Source: Bdellovibrionales bacterium (GTDB taxonomy: Bacteria; Bdellovibrionota; Bdellovibrionia; Bdellovibrionales; UBA1609). Taken from it: 64,000 nt of DNA. The stretch spans positions 21,171 through 85,170 of the forward strand of contig JAYQON010000002.1 of the NCBI GenBank assembly GCA_038144835.1, in the 5' to 3' direction. A model generated the notes under the pieces. It saw nothing but the letters and a program-made list of their open reading frames with translations. It was not told the origin of the DNA and did no database searches. This document shows, in pieces, positions 1 through 9,405 of this stretch (position 1 is its first letter; each line of letters begins with the position of its first letter). The translations under genes were made by a program, and so were the position numbers.

Positions 1-155
1 ATGATAATCATTGAAAGTTGTGAGGAAAGCGCTCCAACGCTTAGGGACTCGGAGGTGGATGCAAGACTTAAACGCATCACGCTAGAGTCGTCCAGCGGAC
101 GAGTGCAGCTTGTCCACAGAAGGGCGCTTAGAGCCAATACAATTCTCTTCAGCAT
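1..155 (-). CDS. putative lipoprotein, N-terminal fragment (gene runs off the left edge)
   Basis: Reverse-strand ATG at 155-153 with AAGGGAG 9 nt upstream. Translation MLKRIVLALSALLWTSCTRPLDD is a signal peptide with a lipobox-like LWTSC. Absent from the ORF track because there is no stop in the window. Confidence 0.35.
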   Translation of the reverse strand, partial: MLKRIVLALSALLWTSCTRPLDDSSVMRLSLASTSESLSVGALSSQLSMII

Positions 156-262
156 TCGCCAGATCTCCCTTATCCCCAAGTGTTAGTATCGGCTTTTTAG
201 AGAGTTGTCTTAATCTTTTGCAATTGGATGGCCCAAATCAGAATGGTCTGTTTCGCAATGTC

Positions 263-709
263 TCAATTTGGAGAAGGTACTTGCGAATAGTCAATTTTTA
301 ACCCTCCGCAATCAATGCTTAGTGTCCGGGGAATCTTGGATTCGTTGAACTCAAATGAGCATATATGCTCGCCCGGTTGCAGGCAGTTGCTAGCTCCGCT
401 GGATTGCACGTGGACAAGGAGCTTGCCTTTTAATCCATGCTCCGCCGCAAAATAAAATTGACTTCGACATTGTGTAGAAAATCCGCTGCAATTTTCTTTG
501 AACCTGACCTTATCTGAGACGTCCGAGTCATTTCTCCATTCACCCAAAAGAGATGACGATGAACACACTTTTGTATCGAGCTGGAATTTTAGTTGGCTAA
601 TGATGGAATCTTCAACTCGTCGATGTTTCATGTTGGAGCAGTTTTGGAAAGCTATTAGCAGAGAGGCCAAAACAATGACCATCGCCACGATTTTACTGTT
701 TGTAACCAT
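263..709 (-). CDS. small exported protein / probable lipoprotein, unknown function
   Basis: 148 aa. N-terminus MVTNSKIVAMVIVLASLLIAFQNCSN is a hydrophobic signal followed by Cys. Several further Cys residues; no recognisable family. Confidence 0.5.
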   Translation of the reverse strand: MVTNSKIVAMVIVLASLLIAFQNCSNMKHRRVEDSIISQLKFQLDTKVCSSSSLLGEWRNDSDVSDKVRFKENCSGFSTQCRSQFYFAAEHGLKGKLLVHVQSSGASNCLQPGEHICSFEFNESKIPRTLSIDCGGLKIDYSQVPSPN

Positions 710-749
710 ACATCCACCCGAAGGGATATCGGAGTTGGGCTGGATGGGC

Positions 750-1988
750 TTAAGTTCTAATTTGTCCTGTGCCGTCTATAATCCAGCGAGGAGTGGTCAG
801 TTCACGTAAGCCTACAGGTCCCCGAACATGCAATTTTTGTGTGCTGATTCCTAACTCACCGCCGAGTCCAAAAGCGAAGCCATCAGTGAATCTTGTGGAT
901 GCATTCCAGTAAACGGCTGCGGCATCCACGTCGGCCTGAAATCGGCGAGCTTTATTCTCATTGCGTGTAATGATTGTTTCGGAATGTTTGGAGCCATGCT
1001 GTTCAATATGATCCAGGGCTTCCGGGAGATCGGCGACGATTTTGCAGTTTATGATCATGTCTAAGTGTTCTGTATCCCAATCGGAGGAATGGGCTGGTTT
1101 GACCCTTGGTAACCCATTGAGAATCTGAAGTGTGCGTTCATCTCCTCGCCATTGCACGCCGATTGTCGCGCTGTAGAGTTTCGGTAAGAATTCTCGGGCG
1201 ATGCGATCATTAACTAATATCGTCTCCAAGGCATTGCAAACTCCAGGTCTTTGAGTTTTTGCATTGGCGACTACACGAGTCGCCATTTCGAGATCAGCCT
1301 CGTCGTCGATATAAGCATGACACATACCTCTATCGTTTTTGATGACCGGCATCAGCGCATGAGCTTGAACGAATTCAATTAATTTGGCTCCTCCTCTGGG
1401 TACAACGACATCTATTAAGTCTGGCCGTTTAAGCAATTCTCCGACTATGGCGTGGTCGTAATCTTCAATTCCATAAAATGGTTTTAAACCTGAATTTTGA
1501 AAAGCTTTATCAATCAGTTGGTAAATAACTTTTGCGCTCGCCCGTGAGTCAGATCCCCCACGCAACAGGATTGTATTGCCTGCTTTAAATGCCAGAGAAA
1601 AGGCTTCGGTAATAACATTTGGTCTCGATTCAAAAATCAGGAATATCACTCCCAGAGGCGCGCGTACCCGGCGAATATGAAGGCCATTGGGCAGGTGTCG
1701 TTCTTCAGTGATTTCTCCCACGGGGTCGGCAAGTTTGGCGACTTGCCTGAGGCTTTCGGCCATGGCGTCAATTCTTTGTTGGTTGAGTGTCAAGCGGTCG
1801 CGGAAGGCGGCAGTAGCCTCAATTGGTAGATTCTCTAAATCTTGCTTATTCGCGTGAAGAATTTGATCTGCGTTTCGTAGGAGCAAGCTCGCCAAAGCTT
1901 CTAAGGCTGCATTTTTATTTTCAGCGGGCCACTGACTTAAAATTCGCGCAGACTTCTTGAGTTCAAATAGAATTCGGTCATTTTCCAC
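750..1988 (-). CDS. proA: gamma-glutamyl phosphate reductase (glutamate-5-semialdehyde dehydrogenase)
   Basis: Aldehyde-dehydrogenase-type ProA sequence along its length (ESRPNV, NTILLRGG, CNALETILV, HGSKHSE, NASTRFTDG). I place the start at GTG 1988-1986, overlapping the proB stop (GTGGAAAATGA), which gives about 412 aa. The track start at 2093 would run 116 nt into proB. Confidence 0.9.
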   Translation of the reverse strand: MENDRILFELKKSARILSQWPAENKNAALEALASLLLRNADQILHANKQDLENLPIEATAAFRDRLTLNQQRIDAMAESLRQVAKLADPVGEITEERHLPNGLHIRRVRAPLGVIFLIFESRPNVITEAFSLAFKAGNTILLRGGSDSRASAKVIYQLIDKAFQNSGLKPFYGIEDYDHAIVGELLKRPDLIDVVVPRGGAKLIEFVQAHALMPVIKNDRGMCHAYIDDEADLEMATRVVANAKTQRPGVCNALETILVNDRIAREFLPKLYSATIGVQWRGDERTLQILNGLPRVKPAHSSDWDTEHLDMIINCKIVADLPEALDHIEQHGSKHSETIITRNENKARRFQADVDAAAVYWNASTRFTDGFAFGLGGELGISTQKLHVRGPVGLRELTTPRWIIDGTGQIRT

Positions 1989-2778
1989 GCCGGTCTCCTT
2001 TGGGCTTTCCACCGATTTGCGTTCCGGTAATTTGGCCTTGGGCGATTTCAAGTAGGCCGTTGTGTCGATCTCCCCGAATAAGATGAGCAACAATGCCGGC
2101 CCGATTGGCCCGAGCTGCCGCCAGCAGCTTAGAATACATACCTCCGGTGCCGACCTTTGAAGATAGCCGCCCCTTCGTCATCGTAAGATCCTTGGGCGTC
2201 ACTTTTGGACGATAAGTGATGAGCTGCGCATCTGTACTTCGCTTTGGATCCTTATTGAAAAGCCCGTCGACGTCGGTCATCAGAATCAAGCGCTCCGCTC
2301 CCATCATGGTCGCAACCTGAGAGGCTAAAGCATCGTTATCGCCAAAGCGAATTTCTTCGGTTGCAACGGCATCATTTTCATTGAGAATTGGCACAACCTT
2401 CCAGCGCAAAAGTTCAGAGAGTGTATTTTGAAGGTTGCGACGGCGAGTTGGATCTCTCATATCACCAGCCGTTAAGAGGACTTGAGAACCCAAGAGGCCC
2501 TCGGCCTGAAGGGCAAGATTGTATTGATCCATAATTAACGGTTGGCCGATGGCGCTAAGAGCTTGCTTTTGTGGCAAAGTACGTCGTTGGCCAACAAACT
2601 CTGTTTTGTCTACGGCCCATGCGATAGCGCCGGAAGTGACCCAGATAACTTCTACTGAAAACTGTCGGCGGAGGTGCACTACTTGGCGCATCCAGGTGCG
2701 CATGAGAAGTAATCCTCCATCGCAAACCATTTTGCTTCCGGCTTTGACGACCCATCTGCGTGGCTTTACCAAGAACAT
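1978..2778 (-). CDS. proB: glutamate 5-kinase, short form without PUA domain
   Basis: 266 aa amino-acid-kinase fold (VVKAGS, VTSGAIA, ILNENDAV, FGDNDALA, LMTDVDGL, GTGGM). Directly upstream of and overlapping proA. Confidence 0.9.
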   Translation of the reverse strand: MFLVKPRRWVVKAGSKMVCDGGLLLMRTWMRQVVHLRRQFSVEVIWVTSGAIAWAVDKTEFVGQRRTLPQKQALSAIGQPLIMDQYNLALQAEGLLGSQVLLTAGDMRDPTRRRNLQNTLSELLRWKVVPILNENDAVATEEIRFGDNDALASQVATMMGAERLILMTDVDGLFNKDPKRSTDAQLITYRPKVTPKDLTMTKGRLSSKVGTGGMYSKLLAAARANRAGIVAHLIRGDRHNGLLEIAQGQITGTQIGGKPKGDRRGK

Positions 2779-2826
2779 CCCCTTTTAGGAGAATTATTGA
2801 AGCACTTTTGGTTGGTAGATGTCTAG

Positions 2827-3603
2827 TTAGCGTTTATGATATGTTGGCTTGGAGGTACTGGCAAGGCCACGCGCCGAAGCAGAGCTGCCGAGTTCCGATA
2901 AAATACGCAACTCAGATCCCATAAAATTGCTGTTTTTAAGGTGTTGTCGACGAATTCGATAGATCACCTTTTGTGCCTGGTCATAGCGCTTGGCCCGAGC
3001 GAGATGTTTTACATAGCTTTCAGCCGCCTCAGTGGTCAGTGAGCGCGCCTTACCATTGATGACATATTCGTAGTAGCGAGTGGCTTCATCTATCTGTCCG
3101 GCCTCTCCAAGGGCACGTGCATAAGATAAAAAGGCGACAGGATCCTTTGTCGACGAATCGACGTAAGGTTTGAGAGCGTTTGCAGCCTCCTTGAATTTGT
3201 TGCGACTAATTAAAAATTCAGCGAATTTCATTCTGCTCTTAGGCTCTAAACGCGCCTGACGAGAGTAGGCATATTCAACGCATGCCGATTTTTTAAGTTC
3301 CTTGCAGATATCAATCATCCGCTCGTAGCTGCTCGAGGAAGCCGTGCCAATGAGGTCATGCAATTGTAACCAACGAATTTCGACACTATATGAGCCCCAA
3401 GAGCCGAGATGCCCAAGAGTCACTATGGCGGCCAAAGAAAGAGCCGCTAATAAACGAAGGTTTGTGCGCTCGGCATTATTCTCTATGTGAGATTCGGCAT
3501 TGGATAAGACATGACCACAAGAATTGCAAATGACCAAAGGTGCTGACTGACGTTCTTCACAAATCCGAATATGACAGCGTGGGCACGTATCCTTTGCAGT
3601 CAC
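2827..3603 (-). CDS. zinc-ribbon / single-TM / TPR protein
   Basis: N-terminal CPRC...CNSC zinc ribbon, then a hydrophobic segment (LLAALSLAAIVTLGHLG), then TPR-like helical repeats (AYSRQARLEP, YARALGEAGQIDEATRYYEY). Confidence 0.6.
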   Translation of the reverse strand: MTAKDTCPRCHIRICEERQSAPLVICNSCGHVLSNAESHIENNAERTNLRLLAALSLAAIVTLGHLGSWGSYSVEIRWLQLHDLIGTASSSSYERMIDICKELKKSACVEYAYSRQARLEPKSRMKFAEFLISRNKFKEAANALKPYVDSSTKDPVAFLSYARALGEAGQIDEATRYYEYVINGKARSLTTEAAESYVKHLARAKRYDQAQKVIYRIRRQHLKNSNFMGSELRILSELGSSASARGLASTSKPTYHKR

Positions 3604-3771
3604 AATTCCTCCTTTGCGGGCTACGTCTTTTTTTGAACCTTAATTTGAATCCCTGGAGCGGACGCTAAGCTAAGTTGCAAAGCTGGTGCTTAGAATCGGA
3701 CTGTTCGGGCCAGTTTAATCGCTAAAAACTGTCACAACGACATGTAGTGCATAAAAAATGCTCAGATTTCG

Positions 3772-3813
3772 CCTATTGTTTCATATTGAAACAATAGGTG
3801 GTGTAGCCACCTA
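3772..3813. repeat. perfect 12-bp inverted repeat (CCTATTGTTTCA-TAT-TGAAACAATAGG) overlapping a second 7-bp hairpin (TAGGTGG-TGTAG-CCACCTA)
   Basis: Read directly: 3772-3798 is a perfect palindrome and 3795-3813 is a second stem-loop that shares TAGG with the first. It lies 10 nt downstream of the stop of the minus-strand gene at 3823 and about 170 nt upstream of the start at 3603. Confidence 0.6.
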
Positions 3814-3822
3814 AAGTTGAAT

Positions 3823-4233
3823 TCACATCGACGGACGCAAGTCCTTAAGAACCTCTTTCACCCTAGAGTGTTTCATAATGATATCCGGGTTTGCAGAGAG
3901 GTGATGCGAATACTTTTGCCAGAATTCAGATTGTACTGCGCCTTGTGGTTTTTCGATGAGGTTTAGAACTTCGTTAGACACCCAATTTGCTTCTTTGCCG
4001 GATAATTTTGGAGTTTCATCAATTATGGTGTCTATGTTCACAATCATTTCGCTCATCAACCTTAGCCAAGAAAACGACGGATTATTTAAGGACGCATGCA
4101 GTAACTCGTAAGGAGAGACTTTGCGGCCGGATTCTCCTTCTAAAGCTTTTGCCTCCAGCATGAGCAGTTCACGGTGTAAATCTATTAGAGCCTGGGTGAG
4201 TTCGCGGAAAGCTTTATTTAGGTCATTGGTCAT
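3823..4233 (-). CDS. hypothetical cytoplasmic helical protein
   Basis: Clean 136-aa ORF with no signal peptide and no recognised motif. Confidence 0.5.
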   Translation of the reverse strand: MTNDLNKAFRELTQALIDLHRELLMLEAKALEGESGRKVSPYELLHASLNNPSFSWLRLMSEMIVNIDTIIDETPKLSGKEANWVSNEVLNLIEKPQGAVQSEFWQKYSHHLSANPDIIMKHSRVKEVLKDLRPSM

Positions 4234-4269
4234 AATTGGAGTCTACCACAATCTTTGACGGTTCGGAAA

Positions 4270-4884
4270 TCAGCCGAAGCGAGCTAACCAATATTGAGCA
4301 TGCTTGGCGAGAGAAGGGTCTGCAGTCTGTCGCAGGATATCACGGAGAAAGTTGATCGCTTCCCGATGAGACAACTTTTTTGTGGCGGCCTCCATCGCAT
4401 GAAAACGCACCACGATTTCATCGGAGTAAGATCGATTGTTAGCGGTTCGACTGATGGGAGAGCTAGCGATTTCTTTGAGCGATTTCAAGGCATCCCGGCC
4501 CTTTGCAAGTCCGAGCATATAGACACATAGAAATCGCTCGTCGCCATTGGCTTTTTTATCTAGAGCCAATTGTGTTAGATACTCAATTTCGTGTCGACGC
4601 AATTTCGCCGCTCTTGCCTTGAGCTTTTTTAATGTTTGTATTGGATTTGGATCCAATTGGCCGATGGCTTGAGCCTCTTGCTGTATCCAAAATCGCAGCG
4701 ATTCACCTGATGGGAAGCGGCTTTTTGGGCTGGTTCGATCCACCGTTTGAGAAGAAGTCCGAACCTGATTTGTTGGCGAGAGAGTTTCGAAGGTTGCTGT
4801 TGATTTTGTTATAGGCAGTTCTGATGTGAACATCCAGTAGATGATGAAAGCCAATCCTAAAAAAGCGACTGAACTACGATTCAT
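4270..4884 (-). CDS. membrane-anchored/exported alpha-helical repeat protein
   Basis: 204 aa. N-terminal hydrophobic anchor (VAFLGLAFIIYWMF), then a helical HEAT-like C-terminal half. Its start overlaps the upstream protease stop as ATGA (4881-4884). Confidence 0.5.
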   Translation of the reverse strand: MNRSSVAFLGLAFIIYWMFTSELPITKSTATFETLSPTNQVRTSSQTVDRTSPKSRFPSGESLRFWIQQEAQAIGQLDPNPIQTLKKLKARAAKLRRHEIEYLTQLALDKKANGDERFLCVYMLGLAKGRDALKSLKEIASSPISRTANNRSYSDEIVVRFHAMEAATKKLSHREAINFLRDILRQTADPSLAKHAQYWLARFG

Positions 4885-6212
4885 GGTTCCCTAAAGGCGT
4901 CATATATCGGAATTTGCACGGCATCTAAAGCGGGCAAACTTCCGAGTTCAGGAAGTAGCCTGCCATCGGCAAAGCGGATAACACCCGCTTGGTCAAGATG
5001 CAAAAGAGATCCTTGATAGAACAGAAAGGCTCTAGCATTTTTGGGCCAGAGTTGGGTGGGTTGTAAGCACTTGAGATATTCTACATCAAGTGCACAGTAG
5101 CTGGAATTGGAGAAAACGATAAAAGCTCCGCTGTCTCCTTCAGGGGAAACAGTTGCGAAACGAACGGCTCCAGGGAGCATTGAGGGATTGCTCCATTGCC
5201 CTGAGCCAAAAAGATAACTGTAAACTAAACCAGTTTTGCTTAAGGCCAGCATATAGCGACGTGTACCGATGTCAATTTCTTCCAAATCGGCCAATTCGGC
5301 GGGAGGTTGTATTTCTAATAATTTATAGTAGGAATACTCGTCTTCTGTAACTCTGACTTGCCCTTCCGGGCTGAGATGAAGCGCCCATGATTCTCCCTTG
5401 TTGTCCAACAGCGTGGCTCCAAAGGATGTTCTCTTAAGTGTGAAGGATGTTGGCAGCGGGCTTTGCCATTCGTTGAACTGTCGAGAAACTCCATTGAGCC
5501 GTATCAAACCCGTCGATGTTCGTACCAGCAGTTCATCGTGTGCCGCCATGGCGCTGTGATTGAATACAAAATTGGCTCGCGCCAGCAACATGAGCTTGGC
5601 CATACTTTTAAAAAGGGGATGGAAGTTTTGGCCAGCAAGATAAACTCGCGCATAATACTCCATTTCGACTCCATGGGAGCCCCCTTGTGAAACATCGGCA
5701 TCACAACCCGAGACCCAAGAGTCTTGATATGGTCCATGAGTGCACCGCGTATGATAAAAGCCTTCGGTGTGACGAGCTTCGTGGATGAGAGTGCCCACAC
5801 GTCCAAGTGTGGAAAGTTGAGCCCAACCATCTTGCAGTGTGAAGTGACCGCCGCGATTATAGGCCGTTGCGTAGGGCATATCATTGGCCCGTTCAATTCC
5901 GCGGGTTTGTTGTTTTAGCCAGTCGAAATAACTCTCTTTTGGAATGAATTCGCGAATAAATGTGTTGCTGGGAGGCTCGGCGAATTGGCCCTGTCGTATA
6001 ATTTCAAGATCGTTAAACAGCTTTTTTGCGTCTGAGTGGGGAGAGCACAGCTCAAGACCTCCAAAGGAACTTAAGTTAATATTGAGGTCATAAATATAGT
6101 TTTGTGCTTGCTGCGAATCTGTGCACTGAAATTCGTTGTCATCCACTGGTAATGAAGCCCACGCAAAGCTTGCTAAAAAAAGCTTCAGGGCTAAGCCAAC
6201 AATCCCATCCAT
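4881..6212 (-). CDS. secreted putative zinc metalloprotease (HExxH)
   Basis: 443 aa. Signal peptide MDGIVGLALKLFLASFAWA. HExxH motif in GTLIHEARHTEGFYH. No further family assignment is possible by eye. Confidence 0.6.
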   Translation of the reverse strand: MDGIVGLALKLFLASFAWASLPVDDNEFQCTDSQQAQNYIYDLNINLSSFGGLELCSPHSDAKKLFNDLEIIRQGQFAEPPSNTFIREFIPKESYFDWLKQQTRGIERANDMPYATAYNRGGHFTLQDGWAQLSTLGRVGTLIHEARHTEGFYHTRCTHGPYQDSWVSGCDADVSQGGSHGVEMEYYARVYLAGQNFHPLFKSMAKLMLLARANFVFNHSAMAAHDELLVRTSTGLIRLNGVSRQFNEWQSPLPTSFTLKRTSFGATLLDNKGESWALHLSPEGQVRVTEDEYSYYKLLEIQPPAELADLEEIDIGTRRYMLALSKTGLVYSYLFGSGQWSNPSMLPGAVRFATVSPEGDSGAFIVFSNSSYCALDVEYLKCLQPTQLWPKNARAFLFYQGSLLHLDQAGVIRFADGRLLPELGSLPALDAVQIPIYDAFREP

Positions 6213-6341
6213 GGATCCCCCTCATTGATTAGGGCTATCACCCTGCGACAAAAAGACAAGAAGAGATTTGTAAATAATTCCATAAGCAAAGATTTTGATG
6301 CTTGATGACAATTTGTTTATAGACGCTTACACTTCGCGCCC

Positions 6342-7358
6342 ATGACTGAGGCAAAATTGTTGGAGTATCTAAAGCGTAATCCGTTTGTGTTGGCTCCAAT
6401 GGCAGGAATTACAGATCGTCCCTTTCGCTCATTTATGCGTGAAATGGGGTGTGGCATCATGGTGACTGAGCTGGTGAGTGCCACGGGCCTTAAATTTTCT
6501 GCGCAAAAGACTCGTCGGTTGATGGAGTTTGGTGCAGACCAACACCCCGTCGGCATTCAACTCTTTGGTGACAACCTTGAGCATCTGTCCGAGGCCGCAC
6601 GAGCTGTTGAGCAGATGGGAGCCGACTTTGTAGATTTGAACTTTGGTTGCCCTGTGCCCAAAGTTGTCAACAAGGGAGCGGGCTCCGCATGTTTAAAAGA
6701 CCTTGTGCGTTTGCGAGATACCATTCGTGCCACCAAGAGTGCGGTGTCAATCCCCTTAACAATTAAGATCCGCACGGGTTGGGATCATGCCTCACGTAAT
6801 TCTCATGAAGTTATTCAGGTGGCTTATGATGAGGGAGTAACGTGGGTTGCTATCCATGGTCGAACTCGAGCCGCAGCTTACACCGGCCTGGCAGATTGGG
6901 ATTACATTCGCGAAGTCAAAGCCAGTTCTTCTTTGCCAGTGCTAGGAAATGGGGACATCACCTCGCCTGAACTGGCGATAAGGCGTCTGGCACAAAGCCG
7001 CTGCGATGGCGTTATGATTGGCAGAGGCTGCTTAAAGAATCCTCGCATTTTTATGCAGGCGAGAGCTATAGAAAACACAAGCTGCGACGAAGCCAAAGAT
7101 TTGGTGTTCATCTTGGATCGTTTATACGCACACCTTTGTCAGTTTTACGATGAACGTCTGACTTTAATTCAGATGCGAAAATTCGCATCTTGGTACTCGG
7201 CGGGATTTACAGGTGCGGCTACCTTTCGGAAAGATATTTTTCAGAGTCAGGGAACAGTAGAAACCCTCAGTCGTATCAAAAATTTTTTTAGTTCAGTGCG
7301 TGACATCAGACCAAATGATACAAGCCATGAACCATTTCTAATGGGTGGTCATGGCTGA
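6342..7358 (+). CDS. dus: tRNA-dihydrouridine synthase
   Basis: 338 aa. Dus family motifs LAPMAGITD, DLNFGCP, KIRTGWD, AIHGRT, NGDI, GVMIGRG. Confidence 0.9.
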   Translation: MTEAKLLEYLKRNPFVLAPMAGITDRPFRSFMREMGCGIMVTELVSATGLKFSAQKTRRLMEFGADQHPVGIQLFGDNLEHLSEAARAVEQMGADFVDLNFGCPVPKVVNKGAGSACLKDLVRLRDTIRATKSAVSIPLTIKIRTGWDHASRNSHEVIQVAYDEGVTWVAIHGRTRAAAYTGLADWDYIREVKASSSLPVLGNGDITSPELAIRRLAQSRCDGVMIGRGCLKNPRIFMQARAIENTSCDEAKDLVFILDRLYAHLCQFYDERLTLIQMRKFASWYSAGFTGAATFRKDIFQSQGTVETLSRIKNFFSSVRDIRPNDTSHEPFLMGGHG

Positions 7359-7438
7359 CGTGACAAGTCGGGTTCTTTCCGCGCACTTCAGAGAACAGGA
7401 GACATACAGGAGAGACGTTATTTTGAGTTTCTACCTAT

Positions 7439-8314
7439 TTATGGGCCATAATCTTCATCAATAGGATCCTCTATTAAAGATTGATCACCTTCGTCTAGCT
7501 CAATCTCCAGCTCTGGATTGAGAGTTATGTCTGGGTTTTGAATTAGGTTCGGAGCATCTCTAAAGTCGCTTTCTTGCAGGTTGGCCCACGGGAAATCATT
7601 CAGATGTGCTAATGCTGCTTGGTATGCTGGCTGGGAGAGTTTTCCAAAAACAAGCATTCGGTTAAGAATGATACTCATTTTTTTCTGGGCAAAAGCGGTA
7701 GGGCGTCCTGTGCTAAAGCTCTTGGAGTAAGCCTTTGGGTTTGGCAATAAAAATGCCAGAAAAACGGCTTCAAGGGGATGCAGTTGATCGGGTGATTTAT
7801 TGAAATAATGTTTGGCGGCGGACTTAATTCCGTAAATGTTTGGTCCGAATTCGACAAGGTTAAGGTACTTCTCAAGAATGAAGTCTTTATCGTAGGCCCT
7901 CTCTATTGCTCGAGCCAAATAGGCTTCTTTTAATTTCCGCCAAAGGCTCTTCTCTTTTGAGAGGAATGCGTTTTTTGCAAGTTGTTGGGTGAGAGTCGAA
8001 CCTCCACGACGAAATCCACCATGTTGCAAATTTGTCTTTAAGCTAGCTTTTAGTTCATGCCAATCCAGACCTTCGTGCGAATAAAAAGCTGCATCCTCCG
8101 CAGCGATGACGGCCTGGCGAACGTAGGGAGAGATATTTTTTAGTCGGACATATTGAGGAGAGTCCGCGCATAGATAGACCTTAAACATTGATGTTTTAAA
8201 ACAATTCTCCAGCTGATGAAAATCAGGCGAAGACCAAATCAACATTCCCACCACTAAAGCGGATGCAGCGACTCCCACAAGAAATAAACTTAAAAGAGCA
8301 AGCAGCAATTTCAC
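7439..8314 (-). CDS. mtgA: monofunctional peptidoglycan glycosyltransferase (GT51)
   Basis: N-terminal TM segment. GT51 motifs AAEDAAFYSHEGLD and RGGSTLTQQLAKN. No transpeptidase domain. Confidence 0.85.
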   Translation of the reverse strand: MKLLLALLSLFLVGVAASALVVGMLIWSSPDFHQLENCFKTSMFKVYLCADSPQYVRLKNISPYVRQAVIAAEDAAFYSHEGLDWHELKASLKTNLQHGGFRRGGSTLTQQLAKNAFLSKEKSLWRKLKEAYLARAIERAYDKDFILEKYLNLVEFGPNIYGIKSAAKHYFNKSPDQLHPLEAVFLAFLLPNPKAYSKSFSTGRPTAFAQKKMSIILNRMLVFGKLSQPAYQAALAHLNDFPWANLQESDFRDAPNLIQNPDITLNPELEIELDEGDQSLIEDPIDEDYGP

Positions 8315-9291
8315 TTAAAAATTCCGTTGTGCTTCATCCATTCGACACTCTCCCTGAGAGCTTCTTGAGCCGGGCGAGGATTGAAGCCAAGCTCCGCTCG
8401 TGCCTTTTTATTGTCAAACCAATGATAGAGTATTGAAGTCCAGGCATTTTCGCTGTTGAGTGGTCCTTTTTGACCAAGGTCCTCCAAAAGGTCACCAAAA
8501 AAGCCAATAGATCTAACAATTGCATTTGGTAAAAAGATAGCTGGCGCGTGTACATTATTTAAAGCAGCGATTCGTTCAAATAAATCTTTGATCGTTATAT
8601 TTTCACCGCTGAGAATATAACGCTCGCCGATTCGGCCGGCATCACGTGCTTTGAGCATGGCATCAACCACGTCATGGATTGAGACAACACTGACGCCGCC
8701 GGAGGTATAAAAAGGAAATTTTCCACGAGCCACTTTAATTTGAATTTTCCGGCTGCCTTTTCTTGCGTCCCCAGCGCCATAGATAGTGGATGGATTCAGA
8801 ATAGTGGCATTCAGTTGACCCGCACGACAGGACTCAATCACAAGCTGTTCGGCCGTTCTTTTAGTTTCAAAGTAACCAAGATTGAGGTGCGAGACTGTGT
8901 AGGGTGAGTTTTCATTGAGGGCTTCAGGATGTGTACTTGCACCCACAGCCACTACAGAGCTCATGTAGATGAGTCGTTTATCTGACCCACGCAAAGCCTC
9001 AATCATATTACGAGTCCCCTGCACATTGACTGCTTCCATTATAGGTCTCATGGCTTTTGAATAGCCAATAACTCCCGCGAGGTGAAAGACTGTATCAACG
9101 TCTAGGCAGGCTTTTTGGAGGCTAGTTGCATCTCTGATATCACCGCGAACAGAAACGAGGTCGAGGTCCTTAAATTCATCGAGGCGTGAACTTTGGTGAC
9201 ACAAGATATGCACGCGCTCGCCCTGTTGGCAGAGCTTACGAACGAGCCAAGACCCTACAAAGCCGGTTGCTCCGGTAACCAATATAGCCAT
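8311..9291 (-). CDS. NAD(P)-dependent epimerase/dehydratase family SDR
   Basis: ILVTGATGFVGSWL Rossmann motif and YFETK (YxxxK). 326 aa. 4-nt overlap with mtgA. Confidence 0.8.
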   Translation of the reverse strand: MAILVTGATGFVGSWLVRKLCQQGERVHILCHQSSRLDEFKDLDLVSVRGDIRDATSLQKACLDVDTVFHLAGVIGYSKAMRPIMEAVNVQGTRNMIEALRGSDKRLIYMSSVVAVGASTHPEALNENSPYTVSHLNLGYFETKRTAEQLVIESCRAGQLNATILNPSTIYGAGDARKGSRKIQIKVARGKFPFYTSGGVSVVSIHDVVDAMLKARDAGRIGERYILSGENITIKDLFERIAALNNVHAPAIFLPNAIVRSIGFFGDLLEDLGQKGPLNSENAWTSILYHWFDNKKARAELGFNPRPAQEALRESVEWMKHNGIFK

Positions 9292-9405
9292 GAAAAGGTC
9301 TTACACCGAAAGTCGGTGAAATTAAATTCTGGAATGCAGTTTTTGTAGCATTATTGAGATCAATGCTAACCTATCTCATGAGTCAACAGCTTTGGGGGAC
9401 ATTAG

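Noticed and set aside
1-186. Plus-strand 61-aa ORF at the left edge (MIIIESCEES...).
   Set aside because: It has no recognisable features and no upstream context. The opposite strand has an SD-preceded ATG that opens a textbook lipoprotein signal peptide, which I consider the more likely gene.
1989-2093. Long N-terminal extension of proA in the ORF track (start at 2093).
   Set aside because: It would overlap proB by 116 nt and add a non-homologous leader. A GTG at 1988, overlapping the proB stop, gives a normal-length ProA.
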